Assembly: GCF_000143415.4 (NCBI RefSeq)
Contig: NW_003314326.1
Span: forward strand, 995,575-1,059,574
Direction of reading: 5' to 3'
Length of the DNA: 64,000 nucleotides
Source: Selaginella moellendorffii
Taxonomy: Eukaryota > Plantae > Lycopodiophyta
The translations under genes were made by a program, and so were the position numbers. Below are positions 1-11,733 of this stretch, piece after piece (position 1 is the first letter of the stretch; each line of letters starts with the position of its first letter). Below the pieces are notes generated by a model. That model saw only the letters and a list, made by a program, of their open reading frames with translations, made no database searches and had not been told where the DNA came from.

Positions 1-1769
1 CGTGCTCTTGCCGAAGCACAAAGCCGGCTATCCTCCTCCAAGGCCGCGAGGGGCGATGAATTATCCAACTCCTGGTTATTATCCAACCCCAGGTTTGTCT
101 TTTCAGCTCTTGGATCCTCTCTAGCAATCAAAATCGGATTTTGCAGCTGCTGAGAGCCACCATGGCGGAAGAACAATGGAAGAGTCCTTTGTTGTGTTGC
201 CTTCCGCAGCAGCATCCATGTATAGGAACGATTTGTCTGGCGAAGGCCAGGCTGGAAGCAGTGGAAATTCCAGTGGCGGAGGAGCACAGCCACAGACAAG
301 TAACGCTAGCTTCAATGCTAGTGTGAATGTCTTGACGAGGGTCTTCGAGATTGCTTCGGCACAAACTCAGGTTTGTGATGTCTACATCTCTATAGTCTGG
401 ATGGGTTTTCTTACATAGTTCTTTCTGTTCTTAGGTGGATCAACCCCTGTGCCTCGAATGCATGCGTGTTTTGTCTGACGAGATGGAAAAACAAATTGAA
501 GAGGTTACCAAGGACATAAAAGAATACGAGTCTTGTCTTGATAGATTCGAGAAGGAGCAACGGACTTCAGTGAGCGAGGAGGAGTTTACGGTAAAGAGCA
601 TACTTGCATGACGATCGAAGTTTACTAAGTTTATTGTGCTTTTCTTTTCCAGGTTGAAGAAGAAAGAAAGCTTGAAGCGACGATTGAGCAGCTTGAGCGA
701 CAAAATCTGGAGGTGAAGTTGCAACTGGAAGACTATGAGCGCAAGTTTAAAGATCTCGATGAATTGGAACAAAGGTAGGCCTGTTTTTTGTCGGAATGAT
801 CTCTTCTTTCTGATAAACCTCATCCAGATTCTGGCACGACTTCAACAACTTTAAACTTCGGCTCACTGTTCATCAGGTAAAGATAAACTTGAAACGTTTG
901 TTTCGTATTTATTCTTGCTTACAGGAGGAGAGAGACGCCGTCTTGGCAAAGATTGACGTTGCAGGTGCACAATTGACTGCGCTAAAAGCTGCAAACGTTC
1001 TGAACGAGGCGTTTTACATTTGTCACGACGGTGATTTTGGAACTATTAACAATTTCCGGCTTGGTCGCCTTCCAAATGTTCATGTAAGACCATATTTTTC
1101 TGTTTCTTGTTTTGTGAGATTGTCCCTGTATCAGGTGGAATGGGATGAGATCAATGCCGCCTGGGGACAGGCGTGTCTATTGTTGCACACTATGGCACAA
1201 TATTGCCAACTCAATTTTACGTATGTAGACTTCTTTTTCCTTTTCTTTCTTTTGAATTGTGTTGCTGCTTGCAGGTATAGATTGATACCCATGGGAAGTT
1301 ATGCCTGTATTGCTGATAGCAAAAACACATACGAGCTGTGAGTTTTCACTTTCGTGTTTTGTGAGTAACTTATACTCTCTTGTGGCAGCTACGGTCCAGT
1401 AAATCTGTTTTGGAGCACGCACTTTGACAAAGCAATGGTTTATTTCCTCGCATGTCTCAAAGAGTTTGCCGATTTTGCAAATGCCAAGGACCGGGCTGCT
1501 AGAGTGGCTCCAGGCAAATGCTTCACGCTACCTTACTTGTAAGTCCTTCGTATCAACAGCGCTTTTCTGATCTTGGCATGTTTTGAAGGATTGAGAATGA
1601 CAAGGTGGAAGGATTTGCAATCACTCAAAGCTTCAACCGACCAGAGAAGTGGACAAAGGCTCTCAAATTTATGCTGTGTAATCTGAAATGGTCATTGTAT
1701 TGGCTTATAGGGAACACACTATTTCAACCAACGTCCCCTGTTAGTTCCTCCCTCACAATCAGTACATAA
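1..1769 (+). CDS. ATG6: Beclin-1/autophagy-related protein 6, multi-exon, 5' end outside window
   Basis: Exons encode [76 protein letters not shown] and [16 protein letters not shown]. Short GT-AG introns (e.g. 92-146). Stop TAA at 1767-1769. Confidence 0.95.
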
Positions 1770-1882
1770 GGCGAAAACTACAGATGTATATAAAATCAGG
1801 ACAATATATAACATTCCTTCCAACCTTTTCATTTTGAAAATAAGTACTATCCTACCTCATTTAGGGTTCATACTCAGTGTTC

Positions 1883-2506
1883 ATGGCTCAACTTGGCGAA
1901 CAGCGCGTTGGCGATCGAGGCAAGCCGACTTTGATCCTTGATCTCGATGGGACTTTGATAGCTACTTCGAGGCAAGCTAGCTTACATGCGTGTTTCGACT
2001 TCGTGGTGGAGTTTGATTCCGAGGAGCAGCCCGTTTGGGTGTCCAAGCGACCAGGGCTGGAGGATTTCCTTCGGCAAGCCTCAGAGATTTACGAGGTGGT
2101 GGTGTTTAGCCTCGGAAGGAAATCCTATGTGGAGAAGATGAGGGAGGCGATTGATCCCAGTGGATTATTTGTGGCAACATGGCTTGCTCGGGACTCTTGC
2201 AGCGGGAGCTCGGAGATCAAGGACTACAAGGACTTGAACAGTCCAAAGCTTGGGAGGGAGTTGCGGAAGGTGGTGTGGGTGGACGATTTCCGGGACTCGT
2301 TCAAGATGAATCTCGAGAGCGGGATCGTGGTGCCCATGTTTCGGAACAGCAGCAGGGATGACGATCGCGTCTTGTTTGATTTGCTGCCGCTGCTCAAGAG
2401 AATTGCCGGCGAGGATGATTTGAGGCCTGCTCTGCTCGCGTTGCCCCTGCCAACGCTAGAATCCAACCTTGCAAAGGCGATCAGTCGCCCAAAGCTTACA
2501 AGTTAA
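1883..2506 (+). CDS. Intronless FCP1/SCP (NIF-domain) CTD small phosphatase-like HAD protein
   Basis: TLILDLDGTLI (DxDxT), KRPGLEDFL, YEVVVFS and KDL..LGRELRKVVWVDD motifs. ATG at 1883. Confidence 0.88.
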   Translation: MAQLGEQRVGDRGKPTLILDLDGTLIATSRQASLHACFDFVVEFDSEEQPVWVSKRPGLEDFLRQASEIYEVVVFSLGRKSYVEKMREAIDPSGLFVATWLARDSCSGSSEIKDYKDLNSPKLGRELRKVVWVDDFRDSFKMNLESGIVVPMFRNSSRDDDRVLFDLLPLLKRIAGEDDLRPALLALPLPTLESNLAKAISRPKLTS

Positions 2507-2999
2507 AAGGATGAATCTCGTGATTTAGCTAAGTGATCTTCGAGAATACTTTATAATAGTTTATTGAATAAATGAAGGTTTCACAGTTCATTGCCTGCAT
2601 AGATAGGATGTTAAATCATGAGATTTCATCTTAAACAACTCTTCGAATGTCAATTTGGAGCTGGATTCTATATATCAACGAGATGACATATTACTCCAAA
2701 ACATGAGACAAAATATCATTAGGATGTGCGTGCTTCTCTTCCAGCTTAAATCGATAGACAAGTTTAATAGTTACTATGACGCTTAGTAGTATTTCTTCTA
2801 TGGGGCATTTCATTCAAAGTTGAAAGCTTGCAACAATCTATCAGAAGGACGAACATGTTTCTGGCATGCTCGCAAATGGCACACGTCGAGGAGATGAGGA
2901 GGATCTTCGATGGTATGCCGGAGCGCCACCTGGTGCCGTGGAATGCGATGCTTACTTGCTACACGCAGGGCGAGGAGACGACCACCACTTTTTTATGAC

Positions 3000-3420
3000 A
3001 TGAATATGATGAATGAACAACAGAATATTGGTGATTCATGCATGGTAACTTGTAGAATTGGATCCACACTAGTATACAAGATGAAAGCTTTAACACAATT
3101 GGAACTACTATCAGCCAAGAGATTCAGGTTGCACTGCCCCCCTCAAAACTGTGGGAGATCCACAGATGCTTGTCAAAGCTTCCAATCGCGTGGTAAGTGT
3201 TGAGAATGTTGCGATTGTTGGAAACACCAAATACTATAGGTATGCTGGTATATGTACCAATACGTATATTGGTAAACAATATATCAATGCTTCAACCGTG
3301 GACAAAGGCTCTAAAATCTATACTGAAATGGTCACCGTATTGGCTTATAGGGAGGAAAATCACGTCCCCTGTTAGTTCCTCCCTCACAATCAGTGGATAA
3401 GGCGATTGTTGGAAACAACA
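3000..3420 (+). pseudogene. Chimeric pseudogene: decayed PR-10/MLP promoter and exon 1 joined to a copy of the ATG6 last exon
   Basis: ~3107-3240 resembles ~3976-4130 (DPQMLVKASN). ~3288-3400 resembles ~1641-1770 ([25 protein letters not shown]). Confidence 0.8.
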
Positions 3421-3539
3421 AACTCCATCATCTAGACGTTTGGGTGGGAGACATTGGAGATCTTCCTCACGATGGGCCGAGATGCTAGATCCTGGAACGC
3501 ATTGATCGCTGCCAGGGAAACGGTTTGGAGAGCGTGAAC

Positions 3540-3764
3540 AAGCACTTTCTAGTTAAAGTGAGATTTGTCATTATCTCACGTTTTTTAGTAAAGAAGATAA
3601 GGTAACAAGAAAAAAAGTGAAGTTTCTCATGTGATTTTTCACATTAATGTATTATAACATGGTCAATGAAATAAATAAATAAAAAAAGTTAATGCAGATA
3701 TTAAATGAATGAACTATATAAACACATATTAACGAGAGAATCCCACTTTAATGAAAAGGAGCTT
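3540..3764. mobile_element. 225-bp MITE with the TIRs of the Sola-like element at 20785-30282
   Basis: Right end TCCCACTTTAATGAAAAGGAGCTT matches the large element's TIR at 22/24. Left end AAGCACTTTCTAGTTAAAGTGAGATTTGTCATTATCTCAC matches the reverse complement of its right terminus over ~40 bp. AT-rich interior; flanks GAAC/GCAC. Confidence 0.75.
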
Positions 3765-3958
3765 GCACCGTAAGTTCACAAATGAGGGATCTTTGATGGT
3801 ATGCTGGCGTTGTGGAACGAGATGCTCACTTGCTACACTCGGAAGGAGGAGATTTTTAACTGAAGGTCGTGACATGAAGAATGAACAACAATAGAATAGC
3901 AGGGTTGACAATCTAGACTAGTATAAAAAATGAAAGCTTAGTAGCAAACTTAGACACA

Positions 3959-4500
3959 ATGGGAGCTCCATCGCCTATCAGCCGAGAGATTCAGGTTGCA
4001 CTCCCCCCCTCAAAACTGTGGGAGGCTCTCAAGGATCCACAGATGCTTGTCAAAGCTTCCAATCAGGCCGTGGTGAGCATTGAAAATGTTGATGGCGATG
4101 CTGCCACCGTTGGAAACACTAGGATGGTCAAGTTCAATACTGGTGCGTGATATTTCTGGGAGAGATCTTTGTTTGTTTGATCTTCATCTTTCTTCTCTTT
4201 GGTGTTCTTGGAACTTCATCTACAGATCTTGTTCCTTATCCATTCATAAAAGAGGAGCTGACTATGATCGATGAATCCACTCATACTATTGGGGTGAGCG
4301 TGATCGAAGGGGGACTGGTTGGCACGCAAGTGAGTTCTCTCAAATGGAAACTGACGCTCAAGCCTGAAGGAGAAGGAAGCCTGCTTCTGTGGTCCCTCGA
4401 TTACGAACCCAAAGTTCCAGGCACGGAGGAAGTTGACAAGTTTGCCGATGGCTTCGTTGCTAGCATCAAGCAAGTCGAGGCCTACGTCCTCTCACTATAG
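3959..4500 (+). CDS. PR-10/Bet v 1/MLP-like protein, join(3959..4142,4226..4500), 152 aa
   Basis: REIQVALPPSKLWEALKD, IENVDGDAATVGNTRMVKF, IKEELTMIDES..IGVSVIEGG and C-terminal IKQVEAYVLS. One GT-AG intron at the family-typical position. Confidence 0.9.
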
Positions 4501-4631
4501 TTCCAGAAACTCTGGATCTGAGCTGTGTGTGCTTGTGTTCTTGAAGCTATAAACTTGGAAATGCCAAGAACTTGACTGCTGTGATTTCTTAGAGTGCTTT
4601 GCAATCTAAGCAACAACAGGGAGTAGAAAAA

Positions 4632-7600
4632 TTAAAAGTGTACCTGCGCATCATAGAAAACTTCCGTGTCACCATGCCGGCTTGGGTTTTGGGATCTCCC
4701 AGCACCGCCACCACGGCGGCCTCGTCTTGGATAAGCAACACCACGGCCACGTCCAGAAGCTCGATCCTGTGCTTGTCCTCTCCCTGCATAGAGTTTCTGT
4801 TAGCCGAGCAAGGAAAGCAAAGTTCGAACCTGAGGGAGCAGGAGGTGCTCTATAGATATTCATAATGTCATTCAGCACAATGTCACAGCCACCCACGCAA
4901 CCTGCAAGAGATTGTTAATTTAGCAGCATGGGGTTTCCTGAAAATCAGCTTTCACCTGTGTGATAAATGCTGTATTGTGGTGGTATCTCTGCTCTCTTGA
5001 ACTTGAAGTCAATTTTGTAAACTGGAGCTGGAATGCACGAGTTGCAAGTGTGTGTAGTGACTGTCGCTTCCATGACGACGGAGGGTAGCCACACGACATT
5101 TTTACACTGAAAAGAAAAGCACCATTTTACAAAAGTAAAAAGCCAAGCAAGCAGCATACCTGTGGAAAGTTGCGACAACCAACCATAAACTTGCTATCCT
5201 GGTGTAACAAAGTCAGTAGTGGCCTACAAGCAAACGGGATGAAGAGGAAAAACTCACTGGTCTTCTCTTTAAAACCATGTCCGCTTCACGACACATTGGG
5301 CACCTTCGAACGATTCCACCGACTTGCACCGCTTCAGGGACTTGATTTTGGCTTCTGTTGGAGCGATCCAAGTAAAAACTAATGCCAAAGAACGCATGCT
5401 TACCTCTCAAAGAAAAGACCCATTGCCTCTATAAGCTTTTGTTGCTGAACTCTAGCCTGGAAAAAATAAGAAAAATAAGAAAATAAAGCAGCAGCTGAAA
5501 AGCTTTAAAACCTACATCGAGAAAGCACGTCTTCATTTGCTGCAGGCATGTCTCCAGGACATTCTCCTTCACCTTTATTCCGTCGCCCACGGCCTTCATG
5601 TCTCTCTCCATTATAGATCTGAGATGGGGCTTCCAAAGCTCGTACCTGAAACAAAACTTCTAGAATGTCTCTCATCTTGGAATTGAATATAAAGAAACTA
5701 GAAATATGAAAACCAACCCCATCGTGTCATATCCCATAACCAGTGCCTCGCCCTGTAAGATAATCTCAACTTAGTTGAAAGCACTTTTCCTGGTTGTGCC
5801 GCGTACCAAGTTTGTGGGACAAAAGCGTGTCTGCGCATCTTTGGTAGCGTAGCGCCGGTCCAGCAGCTTTTTTATGTGATCATGCATAGTAGCATCCGTT
5901 CCAATTCCCTCCTGGCCGCACAGAGAATTCAGGTCTTGAAAATGCTGGAACTAAGAAACCACCTTGTCCATGAGCGCGATTAAATCCGCTTCTGACAAAA
6001 GGGGTGGGGGTTGCGTTCTGCCAGCATCCAGCGTAAGCCTGGTTGGAATGAACTGCGAAGCAACACACGCAAAGTAAGAAAATACTCGCAGTCTGAAAAT
6101 GTGTACCTGTTGTCCAAGGTCAAAGTTTGGAAGAGTTGAAGCAGCCCAGTTTTCGTATCTATAAACTTCCAAGTAATTTCTCTGAGATGAAAACGAGCAA
6201 CACGGTCTCAATTCCTAGAAACAACGAGAAAGTTTACTTACAGCAGTCACCATGAGTCCATTAGCAGAGAACTGTTCCCCAGCAATGTCAATCATGGCTT
6301 TTGTTGCGTATCCTACAGCCGGCTGCGAGACACACGCAAGAAAGTGTCGCACAACAAGCTCATATACTGCCTGCAAAGAAAACAAAATACAGAAATCAAA
6401 GTGACATTAATAAAAAAAGCTACCTTGTGATCGTTCCTCCATTGTGGTTCTCCATCCGAAAACCTGGTAGGATGTATAGGCGGATGAGCTTTATCGTCGT
6501 GTCCACCATTGCTCGGATGTCTCCACAAATTCTCTCGAGAGTCAAGAAGGCGATGGGCATAATTTCCCCACACAGGATGCCTGGTCTGCTCCTCTACCAT
6601 GCGCTGCGTAGACAACATTATATCAGCTCAAAGAGACTAGGAACCGATGCAACACAAACTCGAAGATCAGTATTCTCCGAAAAGTAATCTGTCTCAGTCC
6701 GGGGATAGCTGATGAATCCTTGCTGGTAGAGCTCTTCAGCAGCCTGCAAGTTCAAAGGTTGGCGATTGATAAACACAATCCAACAATACCTTCATTGTCT
6801 CCTGGGACCCAAGGCGTAGAAACCGTGAAGCGCGCTTCACCAGCTCAACAGTATTCAGTGGATGCGGTGGATTTTTACGTGTCTCACGTCCAGTAACAGA
6901 GAAAACCTGAAAGAGAAGGTTTGAAGGCTTTCGAGCATGCTGGAAGGAAGATAAATTAACCGTAGCAAGAGGCTCTTCCACGCACATTTCATATATGGCG
7001 ACGGCGGCTACATAGTCGAAAAGATGGCCACGCCTGCGAAACATACAAACTCAGCAAGCCTGGGATTAAAAAAAATCATGACTTACGCCCATTTGAAGGA
7101 AGCACTGTCGTTCTCCGACCTGTACACGCAGTTTATGGTCCAAAAATCTTCAGGCTGGTGTGCTTGAACTTGCCAATATCTTTCAACGACAAAGCCTAGA
7201 GTTGGAAACTAGCGCAAAAGTATGTTGGCTATTGGACTGGAGATTATCATTTATCTCGTTACCTGGCACGGACCATAGCTAAGAATGGCCTTCTCATGCT
7301 CGTCAAATGGAAGAACAAAGCGATCTTTCAAGAGCATTGTCTGAAAGCGAGTGAAGGAAGCACCTATACGTAGATCGATCTCCTAAGCATCGGCACGGCT
7401 TTCTTTTAGAACTAAAAACGATAAAGGAAGTTTAAAGCTTAGAGAAAAACCTGGCGCGCGTCCACAGCATCCGAAAGATTGCGATTTGGCCGGTGCAAAT
7501 TCTGTGCAGCGTGCTGGATTTCCCTGCAAAAACTATGAGTCCCCGAAGGAAAGATGGAAGTGACAAAAATCATACCTCTCGATAAATGCTGAGAAGCGAG

Positions 7601-8103
7601 CTCGTAAGACGTTGAGTCCCCGGTTAACATTGAGACAGACCTCCACCACTTCGTAGGCAATGTTCTCTCCTTCTCGATCGCAATCGAGCCAAAGAACAAG
7701 CCACTGGCAATTCCTAGCCTGTTCTTCCAGCGTCCGTTTGATTCCCAGCTTGTCCTAGAGAACATTTCCCTGCCTGTGAGAATCCACATTCTTTCTTTTC
7801 CTTTCCTATCGAAATCCTTCGTACCTGGGGAACGTATCTCCTCACTGGCGCCTGGAACAAATCGGCCGGATCGCAGTAGTACCATTTCCGGAATTGCTCC
7901 TCGAAATCCAGCTCCATGAGATGGCCGCTGACAGAGGTCATTACCATTCGGCATGGCTGACCACCGATCATGTAGTTGAAATGGAAGATCCTGTTGTAGA
8001 CAGAATGGCCGCTCAAGCTCCGGCAATCGCCATGTGACAAGATCTGCGCGATCTCCTTGGCGGCGCTGGGCTTCTCCGCCACATTCAAAACATTCACAGC
8101 CAT
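4632..8103 (-). CDS. TOP3A: DNA topoisomerase 3-alpha, multi-exon; exact 3' end uncertain
   Basis: [49 protein letters not shown], catalytic [11 protein letters not shown] (~6685-6720), [28 protein letters not shown] and a C-terminal zinc ribbon ([25 protein letters not shown]). Confidence 0.95.
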
Positions 8104-8189
8104 AAACCCTAAATGTGCATAACCAAAAACTAAAATAAAGGTAACGAAGAAGATGTTCAATAAGGGAGGGAGATTCAAGCGCCAAGGAC

Positions 8190-8385
8190 GCGCTAAACGA
8201 TGCAAATCTGAACGAGGTGTTTCACATTTGGCACAAGGATGATTTTGGAACAATCAACAACTTCCAGCTTGGTTGGATCGTCTGTGTTTGTGTCGCACAC
8301 TATTTGGCAACAATATTGTTAACTAAATTTTATATATATAGACTTCTTTTACCTCTTTCTGATTTGTGTTTGATTTGTGTTGGTT
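8190..8385 (+). pseudogene. Degenerate ATG6 fragment just upstream of TOP3A
   Basis: CTGAACGAGGTGTTTCACATTTGGCACAAGGATGATTTTGGAACAATCAACAACTTCC matches ~1000-1057. The following segment matches ~1183-1260, including intron sequence. Confidence 0.8.
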
Positions 8386-8449
8386 TGCTTGTAAATATAA
8401 ATATCATATCACTTTCAATCTAATGTCAGGTTCACCAGCTCAAACCAAA

Positions 8450-9100
8450 GACGATATAAAAAATATCAATTTGAACAATTCTCTTATTCTCTAAGTCCTT
8501 TTATTTTGTTTCTCCAATCCAATTTTTTCATATGAGTTTGGAGATATTATTTTTTAAGATATTGGTTCTGTCTTTGCAATTGTCATTCATTTAACACCAA
8601 CTTTGTCTATTTAGACCCAATCCATTCTTCCCTTTAATTATTATGATTTCAAGGGTGTTAATCACTACCATTTAGTCTTGTCTATAATCTTTTATCAACA
8701 GAGTTGGACATATTACATAGATATATTGAGAAGATTCCAAAGGTTTATTTGGTCTTCTCAATCTCCAATTAGTGCACTTTTCTTTTGTGTCCAAGGAGAA
8801 TAACAACTTAAACAAATCTCCTAATCTATATTACAACCTAAACAAAGTTATCATTCCTAATAAATACCCACTTTCATTGGTCCTTAAGATATTAGAATAT
8901 ATTGCAAATGTGATTACGGGTATCAAAAGCTACCTATCAGCTCTTTTTTATTCTTCTTTTATTGCCACGATGACAAGAGGTCGATATTGTTAAACTATAA
9001 TTAGTCTCCTCTCAAAGTAGTTGAGAAACTACTTTTCATATATGCATTTGGCCATAGGAGCATAAGGATGGAATTTCTAAATGCTATTATTTAAGCATAT
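8450..9100 (+). pseudogene. Highly degenerate Ty3/gypsy reverse-transcriptase relic
   Basis: YYNLNKVIIPNKYPLSLV resembles the RT DYRxLNxxTxxNKYPLP motif. AT-rich, with many stops. Confidence 0.45.
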
Positions 9101-9253
9101 TTAACTTGGTTAGAGAGATTTATTTGTTGGCTTGCACTTACTAATGTTGGGAACCCCTGCAATATTGAACTTGTTTCCTTAATATTTACTATATAATAGT
9201 TTACTATATCTACTAAGACACTCTTACTATCATGCCCCATTTGTTGGTCCCGT

Positions 9254-11693
9254 TGTGAAACACAAATCCCTAAGCCCTAAAGTGGAGCAAAAAAGATGCC
9301 ACATGGTAGTGGTCAAAGTGAAAGTCCAACAAAACATAACATATTTGGATCAAAATTTCCAATTTGAAAAGTCGAGAGCGTGAGTGAAACTCTGAACAAA
9401 GTGCTCAAGGAATAAGCACAAAGCAATTGGTGAATGAATTTCTAAAAATGGACACAAAAAAAACTAACACATGGAAGTGCCAGGAATAGATAGAGTCCGA
9501 GATGGACCCGAGATGGAATTTGAGATGGACCTGAGATAGAGTCTGAGATGGAGTCCAAGATGGATTCAAGATGGAATCTGAGATGGAGTCTGATATGGAC
9601 CCAAGATAGAGAGTCTAAGATGGACCCGAGATGGAGTCTAAGATGGACCCAAGATGGAGTCTGAGATGGATCCGAGATGGAGTCTGAGTTGGACCTGAGA
9701 TGAAATTTGAGATGGACCCGAGATAGAGTCCAATATAGACCTGAGATGGAGTCCGATATGGACCCAGGACAGAGTCCGAGATGAAGTCTAAAATGGACTC
9801 AAGATGGATAATTAAGTGTCGAAATAACACTTGCAAAGATGGTCCTTATGAAAGGGGATGTGAATACAAGAAGTTGTATTTAAGTGTGATGCACCTCAAA
9901 AGTAGTTGGGAGGCTAGGGCTTTATGAGATGTTGGATTAACAAGTCCAAAAGCTGGATGACTTCGCAGAGTTAAGAGATAGTCCTAAAGGCTTGGAGGAA
10001 TCTCGTTTAGATAGAGGTGTTTTGTACCCTACAAAGGACTGGGAGGATCATGAGATCTAAATATGAAAATAATAAGTATCTTATTGATGGTAGAATGTGC
10101 TATGTTAAAGTTGTGAATAGGAGTTTACAAAAGAAAACAACTTTAGCAAGAAATTGTGTTTATGTTGTAATGCTAACAGATAGTTAGCATAATAAATGAC
10201 TACTATTGCTTTGGCAAAGATTTAGACACAAGTGGGAAGTGTTATGAGAGTAGGCTCATAGAGCTGATGGTGTGGAGACACCAAATGTTCCAAGGCATGA
10301 TGCCTTGAGGTCAAATTGGTTAGTTCATGAGAATTTATTACTAGAGGAATCCCAATGAAAATGGGGTTGGCATAGCTTAAGCTAGAAGGTGATTCAAGTG
10401 CATTGACCTAAATAATGATCGAGGTGTAAAAGCACCAATAATGAGTTGTAGGATTTGATGATTATGAAGAAATTAAGCAAAACATGGGACATAATTAATT
10501 GTATTGGTGGAAATTAACTTCCTAACACTACTTGTTAGGATAAGAAAATAATCAGTAAGTGAGTCTCTAAAAAAGGGACACAAAAAGGATTGATATATGG
10601 CAAGTGTCGTGACATATAAAAGTGTTAGGAACAAATCCCAGAAGGAGTCTGAGATGGAGTTCCAGAAGGAGTCCAAAATAGAGTCCAAGATGGACTTGAG
10701 ATGAAGTCCGAAATGAACCTAAGATGGAGTCTGAGATAGAATTTGATATGGACCCAAGATGGAGTCTGAGATGGAGTCCAATATAGACCCAATATGGACT
10801 CGAGATGGAGTCCAAGATGAAGTTTAATATAGACTCGAGATGGAGTTCGAGATGGACTCGAGGTGGAGTCCGAGACGGATCTAAGATGGACATGAGATGG
10901 AGTTTGAGATGGACCTAAGATAGAATCCGAGATTGACTCTGAGATGGACCTAAAATGGAGACTGAGACTAAGACCGAGATAGAGACTGAGTCTGAAACCA
11001 AGTCTGAGTCTAGTTTAAGGGTGAAAGCCCAAAGTGATCGTCTCCCAGACCTTGGGAGGTTTGGTGAGCTCCAAAAGTATAGTAGGGGGAAGACTCTAGT
11101 TGTAAGTTCTTGAATTTAGACTTCTTGGGAGATTACCTAGCTCAGTATTATTTAAACCCAAGAGTACTTAACCCCAAATATCCCAAGGCCCTTAATTAAT
11201 TAAAAAAGGGGGTGCACTTTTATTCATGGGCCCTTTCCCTCTATATTTGAACTTTAACAGATTGTTTCTCGAGTCGTTCTCTTTGGTTGTTTACAATCCA
11301 CTATACTTCCCTATAAGTTCACACCCTCGTGAATGAAAGCTGAGAGCCACAACACTCCCAAGAGCCCCGCTCTATTGACACTCTACCCCTTGGGTCAAGC
11401 CCAGTGGGAGCAAATTGGACCAGCTAAATGTCAATCAACATGTGGTGTGATTCCTTTAGCTAACTAATAGAGTCGGACCTGAGAACTCTCTAATACCAAA
11501 TTGTAAACTCCTGAATTTGGACTTCTTGGGAGGTCATATTATTCAAACCTTAGGACACTTAACCCCAAATATCCCAAGAGCCTTAACTAATTGGAAAAAG
11601 GGGGTACACTTTTATTTATAGGCCTTTTCTTTTTATATTTAAACCTTAATGGATCATTTCTTGAGTTGTTCTTTTTGGTTGCTTACACTAGTG
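9254..11693 (+). mobile_element. Old, rearranged family-A LTR element remnant
   Basis: Starts TGTGAAACACAAATCCC (cf. 32884). Decayed GAGTCCGAGATG arrays at ~9490-9810 and ~10640-11010; internal fragment ~9830-10620 similar to ~35215-35990. Confidence 0.75.
11101..11687 (-). mobile_element. Cassandra-type TRIM (5S rRNA-derived boxes in LTRs), copy 1
   Basis: LTRs 11101-11295 and 11502-11687 (TG..CA). TSD CTAGT (11096-11100 / 11688-11692). Met-PBS remnant TAATACCA before the right LTR. 5S A/C-box-like sequence in the LTRs. Confidence 0.85.
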
Positions 11694-11733
11694 TGTAAGC
11701 CACAAATTTTTCCTTTCTAATTTGCCAGCTTAC

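Noticed and set aside
7439-8253. ORF-track proteins of 248 and 179 aa with alternative starts
   Set aside because: They are read-through of TOP3A exons and introns from non-ATG starts; the real start is most likely the ATG at 8103.
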